From the IMG/VR virus record IMGVR_UViG_3300027994_000008, positions 1 through 49,026 of that record: DNA of 49,026 nt; one strand, given 5' to 3'. Under the pieces are notes generated by a model. It was not told the DNA's origin and searched no databases. It was given only the letters and a program-made list of their open reading frames with translations. Position numbers and translations under genes: made by a program. Each line of letters opens with the position of its first letter. Positions within the stretch are counted from its first letter, which is position 1. Shown here piece after piece: positions 37,434 through 47,900 of the stretch. The stretch is from a virus. Lineage: Duplodnaviria; Caudoviricetes.

Positions 37434-37492
37434 TTTTGTTACACAAAGATAAGCATTATTTTTATTCCACCAAATATTTTACGTAAAATAAT
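37434..37492 (-). promoter_or_regulatory. Promoter box (copy 11; long repeat)
   Basis: GTAAAATATTTGGTGGAATAAAAATAATGCTTATCTTTGTGTAACAAAA. Confidence 0.8.
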
Positions 37493-37518
37493 AAAAAAAA
37501 TCCTGCCGAAGCAGGATT
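37493..37518 (-). terminator. Terminator after endolysin
   Basis: AATCCTGC-TTCG-GCAGGATT followed by T tract on minus strand. Confidence 0.8.
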
Positions 37519-37546
37519 AAACAATCAAACACTATTTAACTAACAA

Positions 37547-37996
37547 TTAAAATTTAGCAAGTTCAAAGTGCATACCATCTTTGCGGTTCTTAAAATTACC
37601 GCCCCAAAGGAAACCGGCATCTATGAAACACTTTACAAACTCTTTACTGAGCTTAGGCGTTGCGCCCAAAGCGTTTTCGGCTGCGTTCACATCAACGGCC
37701 AGCCCCCAACTGTGGGTAGATTGCACCGTGGCGCCACGTTGTGGCCGGATATGATAAACACCGTCCCAGGTCTTTAGTTCGCTTGCCAACCCTACCGCAA
37801 TAAGGTTCCTTAACGCTTTTTCCAAAGGCGCAACGATATGTTTGTTGCAATACACTTTTTTAGGGAAAGCAGAAATGCCCTTCACGTGCGCAAAGGCTTT
37901 TTGTAGGTCTGCCGGCAGTACCCAAAGCGCCATGTATTTAGGTTCGTTCGCTGGTGATGGTTGCCCTAATTTGGCAACAATTTCATTTATAGTCAT
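37547..37996 (-). CDS. Endolysin, M15-family zinc peptidase
   Basis: HIRPQRG, STHSWGLAVDVN, FLWGGNF, DGMHFE. Confidence 0.88.
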   Translation of the reverse strand: MTINEIVAKLGQPSPANEPKYMALWVLPADLQKAFAHVKGISAFPKKVYCNKHIVAPLEKALRNLIAVGLASELKTWDGVYHIRPQRGATVQSTHSWGLAVDVNAAENALGATPKLSKEFVKCFIDAGFLWGGNFKNRKDGMHFELAKF

Positions 37997-38001
37997 AACT
38001 T

Positions 38002-38448
38002 TTATGGTTTGGTTTCTGCGTAAATAGCCTGTACCATGGCGATAGCTTCGCCCAATTCCTCAGCCGTTAATTTGCCGTCGCTTGCAGCGATCAATAGCCA
38101 ACCTGAAAATTCGCGCCAGTACATGCCCCTTTGTGTTGCGGGCAGTGTTTTAAGAAAGTCTACAAATACTTTTGTTGCATCTTCGGTAGTTTCAGCACTG
38201 GCAAGCCCCTGGACAACGGTAAGGTTGAACGATGCAACATTGATCCATTCCCTTGCCTTTAGTAGCAAAGCATCGTCCGCACCCGTTTGCGTTAAAGCGG
38301 TAAGCAAGTCCAAAGCAGGGTTGTTAACGATTAGTTTTACCGCGTTCACCAAAATAACAACCTGTTCGGCTTTTGGTTTAAGGAACTTAAATATGCTACC
38401 AAGTAAATTACCGATAAACGAAATAAGGCCTTTTAAAAGCTTGTTCAT
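38002..38448 (-). CDS. Hypothetical lysis-module protein
   Basis: Amphipathic N-terminus; adjacent to endolysin. Confidence 0.55.
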   Translation of the reverse strand: MNKLLKGLISFIGNLLGSIFKFLKPKAEQVVILVNAVKLIVNNPALDLLTALTQTGADDALLLKAREWINVASFNLTVVQGLASAETTEDATKVFVDFLKTLPATQRGMYWREFSGWLLIAASDGKLTAEELGEAIAMVQAIYAETKP

Positions 38449-38615
38449 TATTTATGATTATTGATTAAAGTTTTTGCCGCAGCACTTGCAACTAAAATTT
38501 ACTATTGCGGTCGTAGAATTTGATTGAGTGTAAACCGATGTTTGCCATGTATGCTTTTTACAAGGCTTAATTACCCTCACAAATGGAACACTGACTATGC
38601 GCATGTTTTAGTATT

Positions 38616-38930
38616 TTATTGTTTTGTGTACACGTCTTTTTGAAGTTCCGTTAGTATCTCTACTTTCTTGGCTTCTGCTTTCTTTTCGCTTGCCAAAGGC
38701 TGGCCTGCAGAGTTGGAAAAATAGTTTTTCATAATGTAAACAACTGCGGAACCGACCGCTGCTTTTACTGCTTCTGCCAGTTGCATTTTAAACGTTACAT
38801 TTTCTATCGGGTTTCCTTGCAACCAGGCGTTTATCCATGGGTACAACGCACCAACAAAGGCACCAATAACCGCCATTGCAAAGGCTTTTACAAAATCGTT
38901 TTTGGCAAGTGAAAATATTTTAGCTTTCAT
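38616..38930 (-). CDS. Holin-like membrane protein
   Basis: Two hydrophobic segments, charged C-terminus; near endolysin. Confidence 0.6.
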   Translation of the reverse strand: MKAKIFSLAKNDFVKAFAMAVIGAFVGALYPWINAWLQGNPIENVTFKMQLAEAVKAAVGSAVVYIMKNYFSNSAGQPLASEKKAEAKKVEILTELQKDVYTKQ

Positions 38931-38954
38931 AAACAGTTTTTACGAAGGTAAAAT

Positions 38955-39257
38955 TTATTTTTTATTTGGCCGGGTTTTAAATATCCGGTTAAAAAAGTCA
39001 TCTATGCCGGGGCAAAGGTTAAAACAAAATTTAATTATGAAAGCCCCGCAAAAAGCGGTTAAAGCTTCATAAGGCTGATGCCTGGGCAGGTATATAACGC
39101 CTAACATTATATACGCAAATTCAGCGTAATGGTAAGAGTTCATTAACAGGTTTCTAAACCGGTTATGGTCATCGTCCAACATAGCCAGGGCAACGCGCTT
39201 CATTATTAAAAGCCCTACAACAAAAAAAGAATCGTATAAGTAAACATTAAAAGTCAT
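38955..39257 (-). CDS. Membrane protein
   Basis: Three hydrophobic segments. Confidence 0.55.
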   Translation of the reverse strand: MTFNVYLYDSFFVVGLLIMKRVALAMLDDDHNRFRNLLMNSYHYAEFAYIMLGVIYLPRHQPYEALTAFCGAFIIKFCFNLCPGIDDFFNRIFKTRPNKK

Positions 39258-39544
39258 TGTCGGTGTTTTAGGTCGTTTCTAAATTCATCAAAAGACTTTT
39301 GCAGGCTAATCAAAACGCCGTTTGTTTGAACGGTGAGGGTGCGGAGGCTTTCGTTTTGGTTAAGTATAATTGTATCTTTCTTATCGATGCTTTCTTTTAA
39401 TTCCGTCATTTGCTCAACGAAAAAAGCCCTGTCTTTTGCCGCTTGTGCGGTAAAATACTTATACATAAAATAAGCCACAAAAATAAGTACGACAATTAGC
39501 GGGGATTGTTTGAATATAAATTCTTGCCAGAGGGTTTCATGCAT
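39254..39544 (-). CDS. Single-TM coiled-coil protein (holin-like)
   Basis: N-terminal TM followed by coiled coil. Confidence 0.55.
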   Translation of the reverse strand: MHETLWQEFIFKQSPLIVVLIFVAYFMYKYFTAQAAKDRAFFVEQMTELKESIDKKDTIILNQNESLRTLTVQTNGVLISLQKSFDEFRNDLKHRQ

Positions 39545-39932
39545 CTTTTTTGAGCTTAAATAGTATAGTAAAAATGATTAATAAAAGACAGGAAAATAAA
39601 AAAGAAAGCCATTTTGTTAAAGGCTCCCAACCATTCCATGGACTGAACCAAATACCTAAAATTTCCATTAGCAATAGCAGCCCAAAAACACCGCCCCAAA
39701 CAACAGCAATCGCAAACCTGAGGCCTTTAACATCGAATAAAACATTTATGGCTAAAATAACAAATGTAAATTTTTCCCAAAGATAATAGGATTTGCACCA
39801 AACAGCGCTATTGTAGTCCGTACTATAACGCAAATAGCACCATGTCAACACGGTGCTATAAACGCTTATTAATAATAAGTACTTCTTAAACGTTAGGCGG
39901 TTTTGTGGGGTGTCCATTTTCATCAAACACAA
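39537..39932 (-). CDS. Four-TM membrane protein
   Basis: Four hydrophobic segments; start uncertain. Confidence 0.6.
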   Translation of the reverse strand: MCLMKMDTPQNRLTFKKYLLLISVYSTVLTWCYLRYSTDYNSAVWCKSYYLWEKFTFVILAINVLFDVKGLRFAIAVVWGGVFGLLLLMEILGIWFSPWNGWEPLTKWLSFLFSCLLLIIFTILFKLKKDA

Positions 39933-40140
39933 ATATAGTATTTAAGTTTGATTGGATTGTGCTTCCCGGAAAATCCGCAGCTAATACCCACGCCCTTTCT
40001 ACCGCATCAACTTCGATAGTTGTGCTTGTTGGCGTAAAACTAATGTCGTCGTAAAAATCGCTTATGGGCGAAGGCAGTGGCGATGCGCCGTTATCAAACA
40101 TGCTGCCGACCTCTGTACTGGTAAGTGAGTAGATTGCCAT
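39886..40140 (-). CDS. Small hypothetical protein ending GHPTKPPNV
   Basis: 84-aa ORF coupled to upstream gene. Confidence 0.6.
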   Translation of the reverse strand: MAIYSLTSTEVGSMFDNGASPLPSPISDFYDDISFTPTSTTIEVDAVERAWVLAADFPGSTIQSNLNTIFVFDENGHPTKPPNV

Positions 40141-40141
40141 A

Positions 40142-40513
40142 TTATTCTATTGGTTTTTTAACTAAAGTTGCGGTGTATGCGTTTTGTGGTTTTATGCCCA
40201 GTTTGTTTTCCAACGCTATTTTAATTGCGGTTTCAACATCAGCGGCATAGTGCGCCGTATAGCAATAGGCATCGCACAAAGCGACGGTCGTGCCGTTGTT
40301 TATTACAAGGTCGGTAGTTGCAAAGAACGTCCCTTGTTGCGGCTCCTGGTCTTCCGGCATTTGTCCCGGTAGCTGCTTTGCGAAGTATAGCCGGCGCATG
40401 GCGATTGCCAGGCTGTTGTACTCAATTTTATCGCCCAGGATAACGGCTTGCGAAGCGGCAATGTCCGCGCCCGTAACGTTTACGGTGAATGTCTGAGGTT
40501 CTGAAAAAGGCAT
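40142..40513 (-). CDS. Hypothetical protein
   Basis: 123-aa ORF in late operon. Confidence 0.65.
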   Translation of the reverse strand: MPFSEPQTFTVNVTGADIAASQAVILGDKIEYNSLAIAMRRLYFAKQLPGQMPEDQEPQQGTFFATTDLVINNGTTVALCDAYCYTAHYAADVETAIKIALENKLGIKPQNAYTATLVKKPIE

Positions 40514-40526
40514 ATAATGAGTGGTT

Positions 40527-41117
40527 TTAAAAGTCAGGACGGTAATAATATTTACTTACGACGCTTGCACCGCTGCCGGGCAAAGTCCCGCCCCATTGCG
40601 CGGTAATGTCCAATGCCTGCGTTACCGACATGTCTACGGTGGTATTGGTAACAAAATTACTGTTGGTAGAAGTTAAGGTAATTATACCGCCCTGTGGTTG
40701 CCTTATCTCTGTAATCGTTACCTGGTTTGCGGTGCCCGTAGAAATTATAATTCCTTCGATAATCAAAGCGCCTGCCGTTATGTTCCCTAAAATACTGGCG
40801 CTTGTTGCTACAGCGATAGAGGTACCGCCTAGTTTTACGCGTACGGTAAGGGTAGGCAGTAAAGCCAAAGTAGGCGTTGTGACCACGGAAGCCAGGGTAA
40901 AACGGTAAGGTTTGAAAGGCGCAAGCGTGTTGCTTTTAATAGTATCTTTTACAACACCCAACAATGATGTTTCAGTTGTGGTATTGCCTATAACAGTCAC
41001 ACCTGGCATGTACGATTTTACGGCACCTGTTGGGGTAAGTTGCGGTTTGTTTAAGTTCCCTGATTGGGCATAAAGCGACCCAAAAGACACCAATAAAACG
41101 AATAATAAGCCTTTCAT
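40527..41117 (-). CDS. Signal-peptide-bearing beta-rich protein
   Basis: MKGLLFVLLVSFGSLYA-Q; T/G/V-rich. Confidence 0.7.
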   Translation of the reverse strand: MKGLLFVLLVSFGSLYAQSGNLNKPQLTPTGAVKSYMPGVTVIGNTTTETSLLGVVKDTIKSNTLAPFKPYRFTLASVVTTPTLALLPTLTVRVKLGGTSIAVATSASILGNITAGALIIEGIIISTGTANQVTITEIRQPQGGIITLTSTNSNFVTNTTVDMSVTQALDITAQWGGTLPGSGASVVSKYYYRPDF

Positions 41118-41141
41118 ACTTTTGCAAAAACAAATATCGTG

Positions 41142-42410
41142 CTATAAAGGCGTTAAAGTACCCTGCAAAGAAGAAATACTCCAATAATTTTCTACCGTGC
41201 TGAACCTCAATGTTACGGTGCTTCTTTGTGGCCCGGACAAGCTTGTTGTAGCGGTAACACCTACCCCGTATATAGGGGTGCCGTTGGTAAGGACTGACCA
41301 ACCGCCTGCACCAACCCCAACCACCTGCACCAACGCGCCATTAACAGGACTTGAAGGCAAGGTTATATTTGTCAACGCCGCGTTGTGTGGGTAATAAAGT
41401 ACGTTTGGGTTAGTCAACGCACTTTGGCTGGTGCCCGTAATATCTACTATTTGCGTTTGCCCTGCTTTTAAAAGGGCCAAACTATCTTGTAATTGTTGCA
41501 ATACCACCGCATGCATTGCAGAGGTTGCCGCAATAGTAGTGACGTTCCCGCCTACCGACAATGTTTTTTTTATTTGTACCCATGCGCCCGTTGGGTTGGG
41601 CGCGGACTTAGAACTGTCCGAAAGCATTATATGGCCGCTGCTGTCCTGGTAAATGTTACTATACCTGCCCATTAATTGCACTATCCTAAACCCCTCGATT
41701 AAGCCATCGTAATATTGGCCCGCCCCTAACTGCATGTAGCCTTGCACATTGGTAAAAATGGGCGAATTAATTTCAACACGTGGAAACTGCACTGTATAAA
41801 CACTATTGGGGGTGGACAGTTGTAAAGGGGAACGTGGGATAACGGCTAATATAACCGAACCCGACCGTTGGTTTAAACTGTCCCTGTGCTCCATCAGCAC
41901 ATATATTTTACTTTTACTGGTATCTATGCTAGTTTTATAAACTACTGCCCCCGTATCGCCCCTGTTTACCGGTATTAACTGATATATTTTACCGTTAATA
42001 GAAAGGTTTGCGTTTTGAAACGTGTCTTTTTGGTTAGCGATAGTCCTTAACTTGACGGTATCTAAAACCTGCGCCCTGTTGCCAGCTATGGCGCTATCTA
42101 TTTGCGCCATTGTATAGGTTGTGGTGCCGGTCGATAATGGTTGCCAGCCAGAGTTGCTTAAAGTGCCTTGAAGCACATAAAACAAATTTGTAGTGGTGTT
42201 AAAAAACAACATGCCCGTGTCCCTAAAATTAGTTGGTATATTGTCCCTTACTGTATTATTTGCCCCAAACTTGATTTGTCCCTTTACGTATTTGCCTTTT
42301 ACAATTGGGTAGTTCCCTGAAGGTGCCAAATCGCCATCAGCAGTAAACGAACCTTGTGAGAACCCGATAACCGGTATTAAAAAAAGAAGTATTGCTATTA
42401 TTTTTTTCAT
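41142..42410 (-). CDS. Signal-peptide-bearing fibre/adhesin-like protein
   Basis: MKKIIAILLFLIPVIGFS-Q (start 42410); C-terminal ITLPSSPVNGALVQV domain. Confidence 0.7.
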   Translation of the reverse strand: MKKIIAILLFLIPVIGFSQGSFTADGDLAPSGNYPIVKGKYVKGQIKFGANNTVRDNIPTNFRDTGMLFFNTTTNLFYVLQGTLSNSGWQPLSTGTTTYTMAQIDSAIAGNRAQVLDTVKLRTIANQKDTFQNANLSINGKIYQLIPVNRGDTGAVVYKTSIDTSKSKIYVLMEHRDSLNQRSGSVILAVIPRSPLQLSTPNSVYTVQFPRVEINSPIFTNVQGYMQLGAGQYYDGLIEGFRIVQLMGRYSNIYQDSSGHIMLSDSSKSAPNPTGAWVQIKKTLSVGGNVTTIAATSAMHAVVLQQLQDSLALLKAGQTQIVDITGTSQSALTNPNVLYYPHNAALTNITLPSSPVNGALVQVVGVGAGGWSVLTNGTPIYGVGVTATTSLSGPQRSTVTLRFSTVENYWSISSLQGTLTPL

Positions 42411-42411
42411 G

Positions 42412-43482
42412 TTAGTTTGTTTGAATGTCCCCTGCAACTGTTTGCGCTTGTGTGTTCCAATAAATATAAACCGGATAAGTGTACCCTTGTGCGTTGGTGA
42501 AGTTGCGAAGTACATAATTAAAAGCAGGTAATGCAGGAATGTTGTTTACTAAAATGCTGGTTAAAGGCCCTGAACTGGCATCGTACACAATTACGTTAAA
42601 TTGGTTTGTTGGTGTCGATGTGAACGTAAAGGCTTTTGATGAAGAAAGGTTATTGTTAAGCCCCTGAATTGTTGCGTTGCTATAACTTGTGGTTCCAATG
42701 CCGGTGGTATCTGAAACAAGCCCATAGTACCGTTTTACCTGCGGCGTGTAATACATTGGCGGACTGGTTACCGTTCCTGAATTTATACGCCCAACGCAAT
42801 CCAATGCCCCTAAATTGTTGTTTTTACAAGCCCCCTGTGCGTAAGGCGAACTAGCTGTAAAATATGTTTGGGCTGTGAGCGTAAAAGTATCAACGTTGCT
42901 TAGCATATCGCTTGTACCGTTTTTTGTAAACAATACTGCCCCCGCTGCCCCGCCATCATTTTGCGCATAAACAGAACTTAAAGTAGCACTTATAAAAGTC
43001 CCTGTTTCGTATAGGCCACCGGAAGGCGAACCGCTGATTGTCCTTGTAGGTGCTACATAGGTCGGGTGTATTGCCCGTTGTGTAATAACCCTGAACGCGG
43101 CATCAAGCCCCAATCCTGTGACCGGTATTGTTTCCCCATTGACCCAATAACCTAGTATTGTGCCTGCCCCGCCATTTAAAACAATATCCTGTGTAAATAC
43201 CGGCGAACCGCTCCCACCGCTTCCGGTAGCTGACCAACCACCAATAGAAGGATAGTAAACATATAGCGTATTGCCGCAGGTGTCCGCATAAATAGCGGAC
43301 TTGTGCAGGTCGTGAGCCCTTAGCCCGGTTGGGGCGCCGCAACCTTGCGGGATCCCTAAAAAGCTGTCCACTATACGGCGCTTGTCTATTTGGCCATACG
43401 CGGTGCCAGGTGCCGGCCAACCGCCTTGCGCATGGCAAATAAACGGCAATAGGAATAGGGCAAGTACAAATAATCTTTTCAT
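42412..43482 (-). CDS. Signal-peptide-bearing beta-rich structural-like protein
   Basis: MKRLFVLALFLLPFICHA-Q; G/T/S-rich. Confidence 0.7.
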   Translation of the reverse strand: MKRLFVLALFLLPFICHAQGGWPAPGTAYGQIDKRRIVDSFLGIPQGCGAPTGLRAHDLHKSAIYADTCGNTLYVYYPSIGGWSATGSGGSGSPVFTQDIVLNGGAGTILGYWVNGETIPVTGLGLDAAFRVITQRAIHPTYVAPTRTISGSPSGGLYETGTFISATLSSVYAQNDGGAAGAVLFTKNGTSDMLSNVDTFTLTAQTYFTASSPYAQGACKNNNLGALDCVGRINSGTVTSPPMYYTPQVKRYYGLVSDTTGIGTTSYSNATIQGLNNNLSSSKAFTFTSTPTNQFNVIVYDASSGPLTSILVNNIPALPAFNYVLRNFTNAQGYTYPVYIYWNTQAQTVAGDIQTN

Positions 43483-43500
43483 ATATTTTTAAGTTTGGTT

Positions 43501-44895
43501 TTAACGCCTGATGTACCTGTTTTCGGTAACGTTCTTCGGTTGGGTCAGTTCTGAGCCATACGTTTGCGTTACGCCGGCAATTATAAGCCTGTCCACCCCA
43601 CCACCATGGGTAAGGTTTGCGGGCGTACTGCCACCGCCGGGCGAACCTGCGGCGTAAATGTCCGCGCCAAACCCGTGCCCATGTCCTTCAATGGATTGTT
43701 CGTTGAAAATACCGGCCACAACACCTGCCTGTGTCTGTTTGATATGCATACCGCGCCTGTCCGGTAAAAAGAAGTTGCCAACGCTGTCAGCGGTTGAAAA
43801 CTTATATTTATTATCGCCCGTGGCATGGTCCGCATAACTGCAAACTTGCCCTACCGGCAGTTTTACAACATACGCGTAATATAACCGGGCGTTCTCATAA
43901 TAGTTTGTTTCGGTGCCGTCCAGTGCTACTTTGTTGATGGTATTGGCTATTACGGCATCTTCGTTCAATGCTTCGCCCACGGTGGTAAGGTTACCGGTAA
44001 AGCTATGGACCCGCCAAACATCGTACGTACTTGTTTGGTGCCGGTACATCATAAGCGTTTCACCGTTGCATAGGTATATGTCCGGTTGCGAGGCGGCAGG
44101 AAAATTAATGTTGTTCCCTTCCATGCTGGCCACCTGCATACAGCTATGCCCGCCCAGGCCGCTTTCAAAGTAAACCAACCTGCCCGGCACAACTGTGGCG
44201 ATTGGCGGTAAAGTTACTTTCACAAACAGGTTACTGGTAACACCTTCGATAATTATCTTTTTGCCCATGTCGCCTGCCGTCAAAACGGTATCTGTTCCGA
44301 TAACCCGTATACCGTTGAAAATGTCCCCTTTTGCTTCATCAACCCCGCTATTGCCCAACTTGTTTAAAAACGTGAACGTGAAGATTTCGCCGTCCATAAA
44401 AGTATCGCCACCCGCCATAAGCTCCAAAACGCCCGTGCCTGTGTCGAACCGGATATTTGCCGGCGCGGTGCCGTCGCTTTGTGCCTCGATCCGCATAAGG
44501 CCATAGCCGTCGCGGTTAACGGTCTGCAAGTCCCACCCTATGAAATCGGTAAAGGTAACTGTAGGCAACCCACCGTCCCACGTTGTAGTTGTACCGGGCA
44601 GCTTTGACAAACTTACCTGTAGCATAACGGGGCGTTTGATCGATACGCCCGAAGTGCCAACAGAGAACGTAAAGTCGTCAAATACCTGGGTAACCGAGCC
44701 CCCAACTACCTGCACGATAAGGCAACGGTATGCAGAGTTGCCGGCTATATTGAACGTCCAATCTTCCTGCCCCGTTGGCAAGGTTTTAAATTGCTCGTAA
44801 GCAATAGCCCCCGGTGCGGTATTTTTATACAGCCGTACATAAACCTGCCCCGTAGTTTCCGGGTAAGGCCGCGTAACTAAATTAAAGGTTGCCAT
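43501..44895 (-). CDS. Tail fibre protein with collar-like C-terminus
   Basis: FSTADSVGNFFLPDRRG, QSIEGHGHG, ELTQPKNVTENRYIR. Confidence 0.75.
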   Translation of the reverse strand: MATFNLVTRPYPETTGQVYVRLYKNTAPGAIAYEQFKTLPTGQEDWTFNIAGNSAYRCLIVQVVGGSVTQVFDDFTFSVGTSGVSIKRPVMLQVSLSKLPGTTTTWDGGLPTVTFTDFIGWDLQTVNRDGYGLMRIEAQSDGTAPANIRFDTGTGVLELMAGGDTFMDGEIFTFTFLNKLGNSGVDEAKGDIFNGIRVIGTDTVLTAGDMGKKIIIEGVTSNLFVKVTLPPIATVVPGRLVYFESGLGGHSCMQVASMEGNNINFPAASQPDIYLCNGETLMMYRHQTSTYDVWRVHSFTGNLTTVGEALNEDAVIANTINKVALDGTETNYYENARLYYAYVVKLPVGQVCSYADHATGDNKYKFSTADSVGNFFLPDRRGMHIKQTQAGVVAGIFNEQSIEGHGHGFGADIYAAGSPGGGSTPANLTHGGGVDRLIIAGVTQTYGSELTQPKNVTENRYIRR

Positions 44896-44904
44896 GCGTT
44901 TGTT

Positions 44905-47900
44905 TTATTCTATTATTTCAGCACTTTCAACGCCCGGTGCCTGTCCAAATATTTCATTGTCGAGCATGTAAACGGCCGTCCTGTTGCCTTCCGGTACATT
45001 AATATCGTTAACCGAAACACCGTAAATGTTGAAAGTCCTTTGCAGTTTTATTTTATAAATATCCATTGGCGCGCCCAAACGTTTTTCGCTTTCCATGTCG
45101 CCGCTGTCCTCAGGCCTTGTATAGCGTTTCCCTTCTACTGAAGTACTGTCGAGCGAGGTAACCGCGTTCAGTTTGTTGGCCAGGTAATCGGGTATGCCTA
45201 CACCGTTGCCCATCGTGAGCACTTCTATTTTATAAGGGTCTGCTTTCGCCTTTTGTTTGCTTTCGTTGCTGTTGGTATAATCAACGGAAGACATTTTAAA
45301 ATCAGGCGTTTGGAACATCGCTTCCACCCGTATGGCAGGCCGGAAGTTGCGCGGCAACCCGTCCGTGTCCGTAGTGTTGAAGAAAGTATTTTGCGTGTTA
45401 TAGCTGTTAAAATACTCGATCAAATAGGTTTCGGGCAAATCGGTTTCAACCATTTGAAATTCGCTAACGAAAACGATCTGCCCGCTGCTTACAAGGGCAA
45501 ACGAATAACAACCGTTCGGCAAAAGGCCCGCTGAAAACGAATTTTGGTTAAGCACGTAGGGCAATTCCACTTCGCTTGCTGTCAGCACGTCCATGGGGAC
45601 AGTTAACACCACTTCGCCCAGATTATTGTAAACGTGGATTTCCAAATTACCGATTTGCGCCGTAATAAACTGGTTTGCGATTGGGTCGGTTACCTGCCAT
45701 TTTTGGTGATAGTTCGGCGATGAAACAAAACGGGTGTAACGGTTTTTGAAATAGTCACCGTACAAATCTTTGTGGTGGTATTTCGGTTCGGCCACTTCAT
45801 CGAAGGGCAACCAATGCACTGAATTTAGATCTGCCGCTAATATCATGTTATTTGTATAGTCAAGTGCAAATATACCCTCTTTGGACAAAATGGCAAGCCC
45901 TGCCAAACTGTTATTTGGCGCTATTAATAATTTCCAGGTTTGTTCGGCGTTGTCAACGCCCTTGCTTACCATTTCACCAATGGGTAGGCAGTTGACCGGC
46001 CTGTTTTTAAAGGTAAATTTAATCAGCCCGCCTGCCAACGCTTCCAACATTTCCGCGAAAGTAACCGGTGTTTTTACCTGTATTTCCGCGATGTATGGCA
46101 AGGCCAGCGGTGTGCCCAACGAGGTGACGGGAACGTCCGCCGCTTCACTGGTAACCACGTTGTTTAAAACTGTTACCAGGTCCTTGTTTTTGTCCGCCGT
46201 GCTTACCTTTATTTTAGCGAACATTGCCGCCTGGTACAGCCTTAACCGAAGACTGGCGGCATGTGCAAGCAAAATACGTTTCGGTGTCATTTCTTCGATG
46301 TTGTAAACTGAGGCGGTAGGGATGCCTACAGGCGGGCTTACATCGTAGGTTTTCCGGTTTAGCAGGTAATTGCCGTTTGCATCTTGTTCATTTGAAATGT
46401 TCACGACAAATACTTCGTTGTCGCTTTTTGCGTCGGTCGTTTCATCGTCGCCGGCCAATGCCCTTATAAACTCCATGCCGTAAGGGTCCCACCGGTAAAC
46501 GGTGTCTGCCGAGTAAACTTTTGACGAATTGCCCGGCAAAGTGTATTCAACGCGCGCGTTTGTTTCATACCTGCCATTGCGCTTGCTGTAGGTTTGTTTT
46601 GGCAGGCCTACTATGAACTGCCCCGCGAAGTATTCTTCGGCTGCAAAGATTTTGCACTTTAAAACTTCGCCAAGGTCAAATATAAGCCCGTTGTTTACAT
46701 TATATAGTTCGGTCTTTTTCTCCAGGTAAACGACATTGCCCACTACTTTTAAAGCAACGTCTTTTAACACATCGAACGCATTAAAGAAGTCTTTAAGCGA
46801 TGTTTTTAAAAGGGCTTTCGGGTTGCCGTCCGTCCCCTTCAACTGGCGCAGCGCCTCACCGCCTGTCAGTACTAAATTGCTGCTGGCCGTTAGCAGGTTA
46901 CTCGCACCTACATACCTACCTTCGGTCAAAGTGGAAATAAGCCATTGCCATACGGTCAAAGGCCTTTCGCAAACCACAACCGACGCGGGCTGGCGGCTTG
47001 TAAAAGCAATCGTAAGGAAACCTGTGTTTTTAAAATTAATAACGGGCAGGATAAGAGCAATGTCATCGGGAGTTCTTTTTACGGAACACCCTATAAACAA
47101 CCTTTCATTAGCTGCCAAAGCGATAGTACCTGAAAACAATTGCGCATTATCGCCTACGGGTTTTATTTGTTCTGGCAGGATAGGGATAAACCTCGGTTGT
47201 GGGTTTCCCGTACTCGGTTCAATGCCGTCCTGGACATTGGTAAAAAAATAAAAAGATATTAGCCCGCCTTCCGGCAAAGCTTGTAAATCGTAATCTAATT
47301 TTAACTTTAGGTCGATAGTTATAGGGTTAACACTGAGGTATAAATAATTTGAATTTCGGTTTGCATAGGCGAAAACGTCCCCGTAAGAAAAGCCCATAGG
47401 GTCAGGGTAGCTGTTGCCCGGCACAATGCCGACGCTATCGCCGTTATTGTTTAAGTAAACAATAGGTACGCAAGAGAACTGCCCGTATGCTTCATCGTTC
47501 GGCATTTGGTCAAATGTACTGGCTTCGGTTACCTGGTAATTCAGGGTATCGAAAAAGTCCAGGCCGTCAAACAAAACATTTATAGTTGTCGTGCTGGCTA
47601 TCAAATCTTTTTCAAGCGTCTGGTCGTCTTTGGCGTTGATGTACATTTGTGGCCCACCTTCCGCCACATCTACTGTTACCCCTAAATCCGGGTCGTCCTC
47701 GAACTTTTCAAAGTTAATCTTTCCTTTATACTCGCCTTTGTAGTACATAAGGCGGTTGCGGTCCTGCCGCATAATGATAACATACAGTTCGGTATTTGCC
47801 CCACTTACGTTGTACATGAAGTGCCGCAATATCTGCGCGCCGTCCCTTACGAACTGCAGCGGCACGGCAAAGGTGCGGGTGAGGCTGAAATATTGTTTGC

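Noticed and set aside
35556-37492. Repeats as a CRISPR array
   Set aside because: Copies are 600-1250 bp apart with genes between them and match promoter consensus; no regular spacers or cas operon
42411-42515. N-terminal extensions in the ORF track (also 4541-4576, 5600-5737, 23192-23281, 32219-32359)
   Set aside because: They run into neighbouring genes, promoter boxes or repeats; downstream starts fit motifs and leaders better
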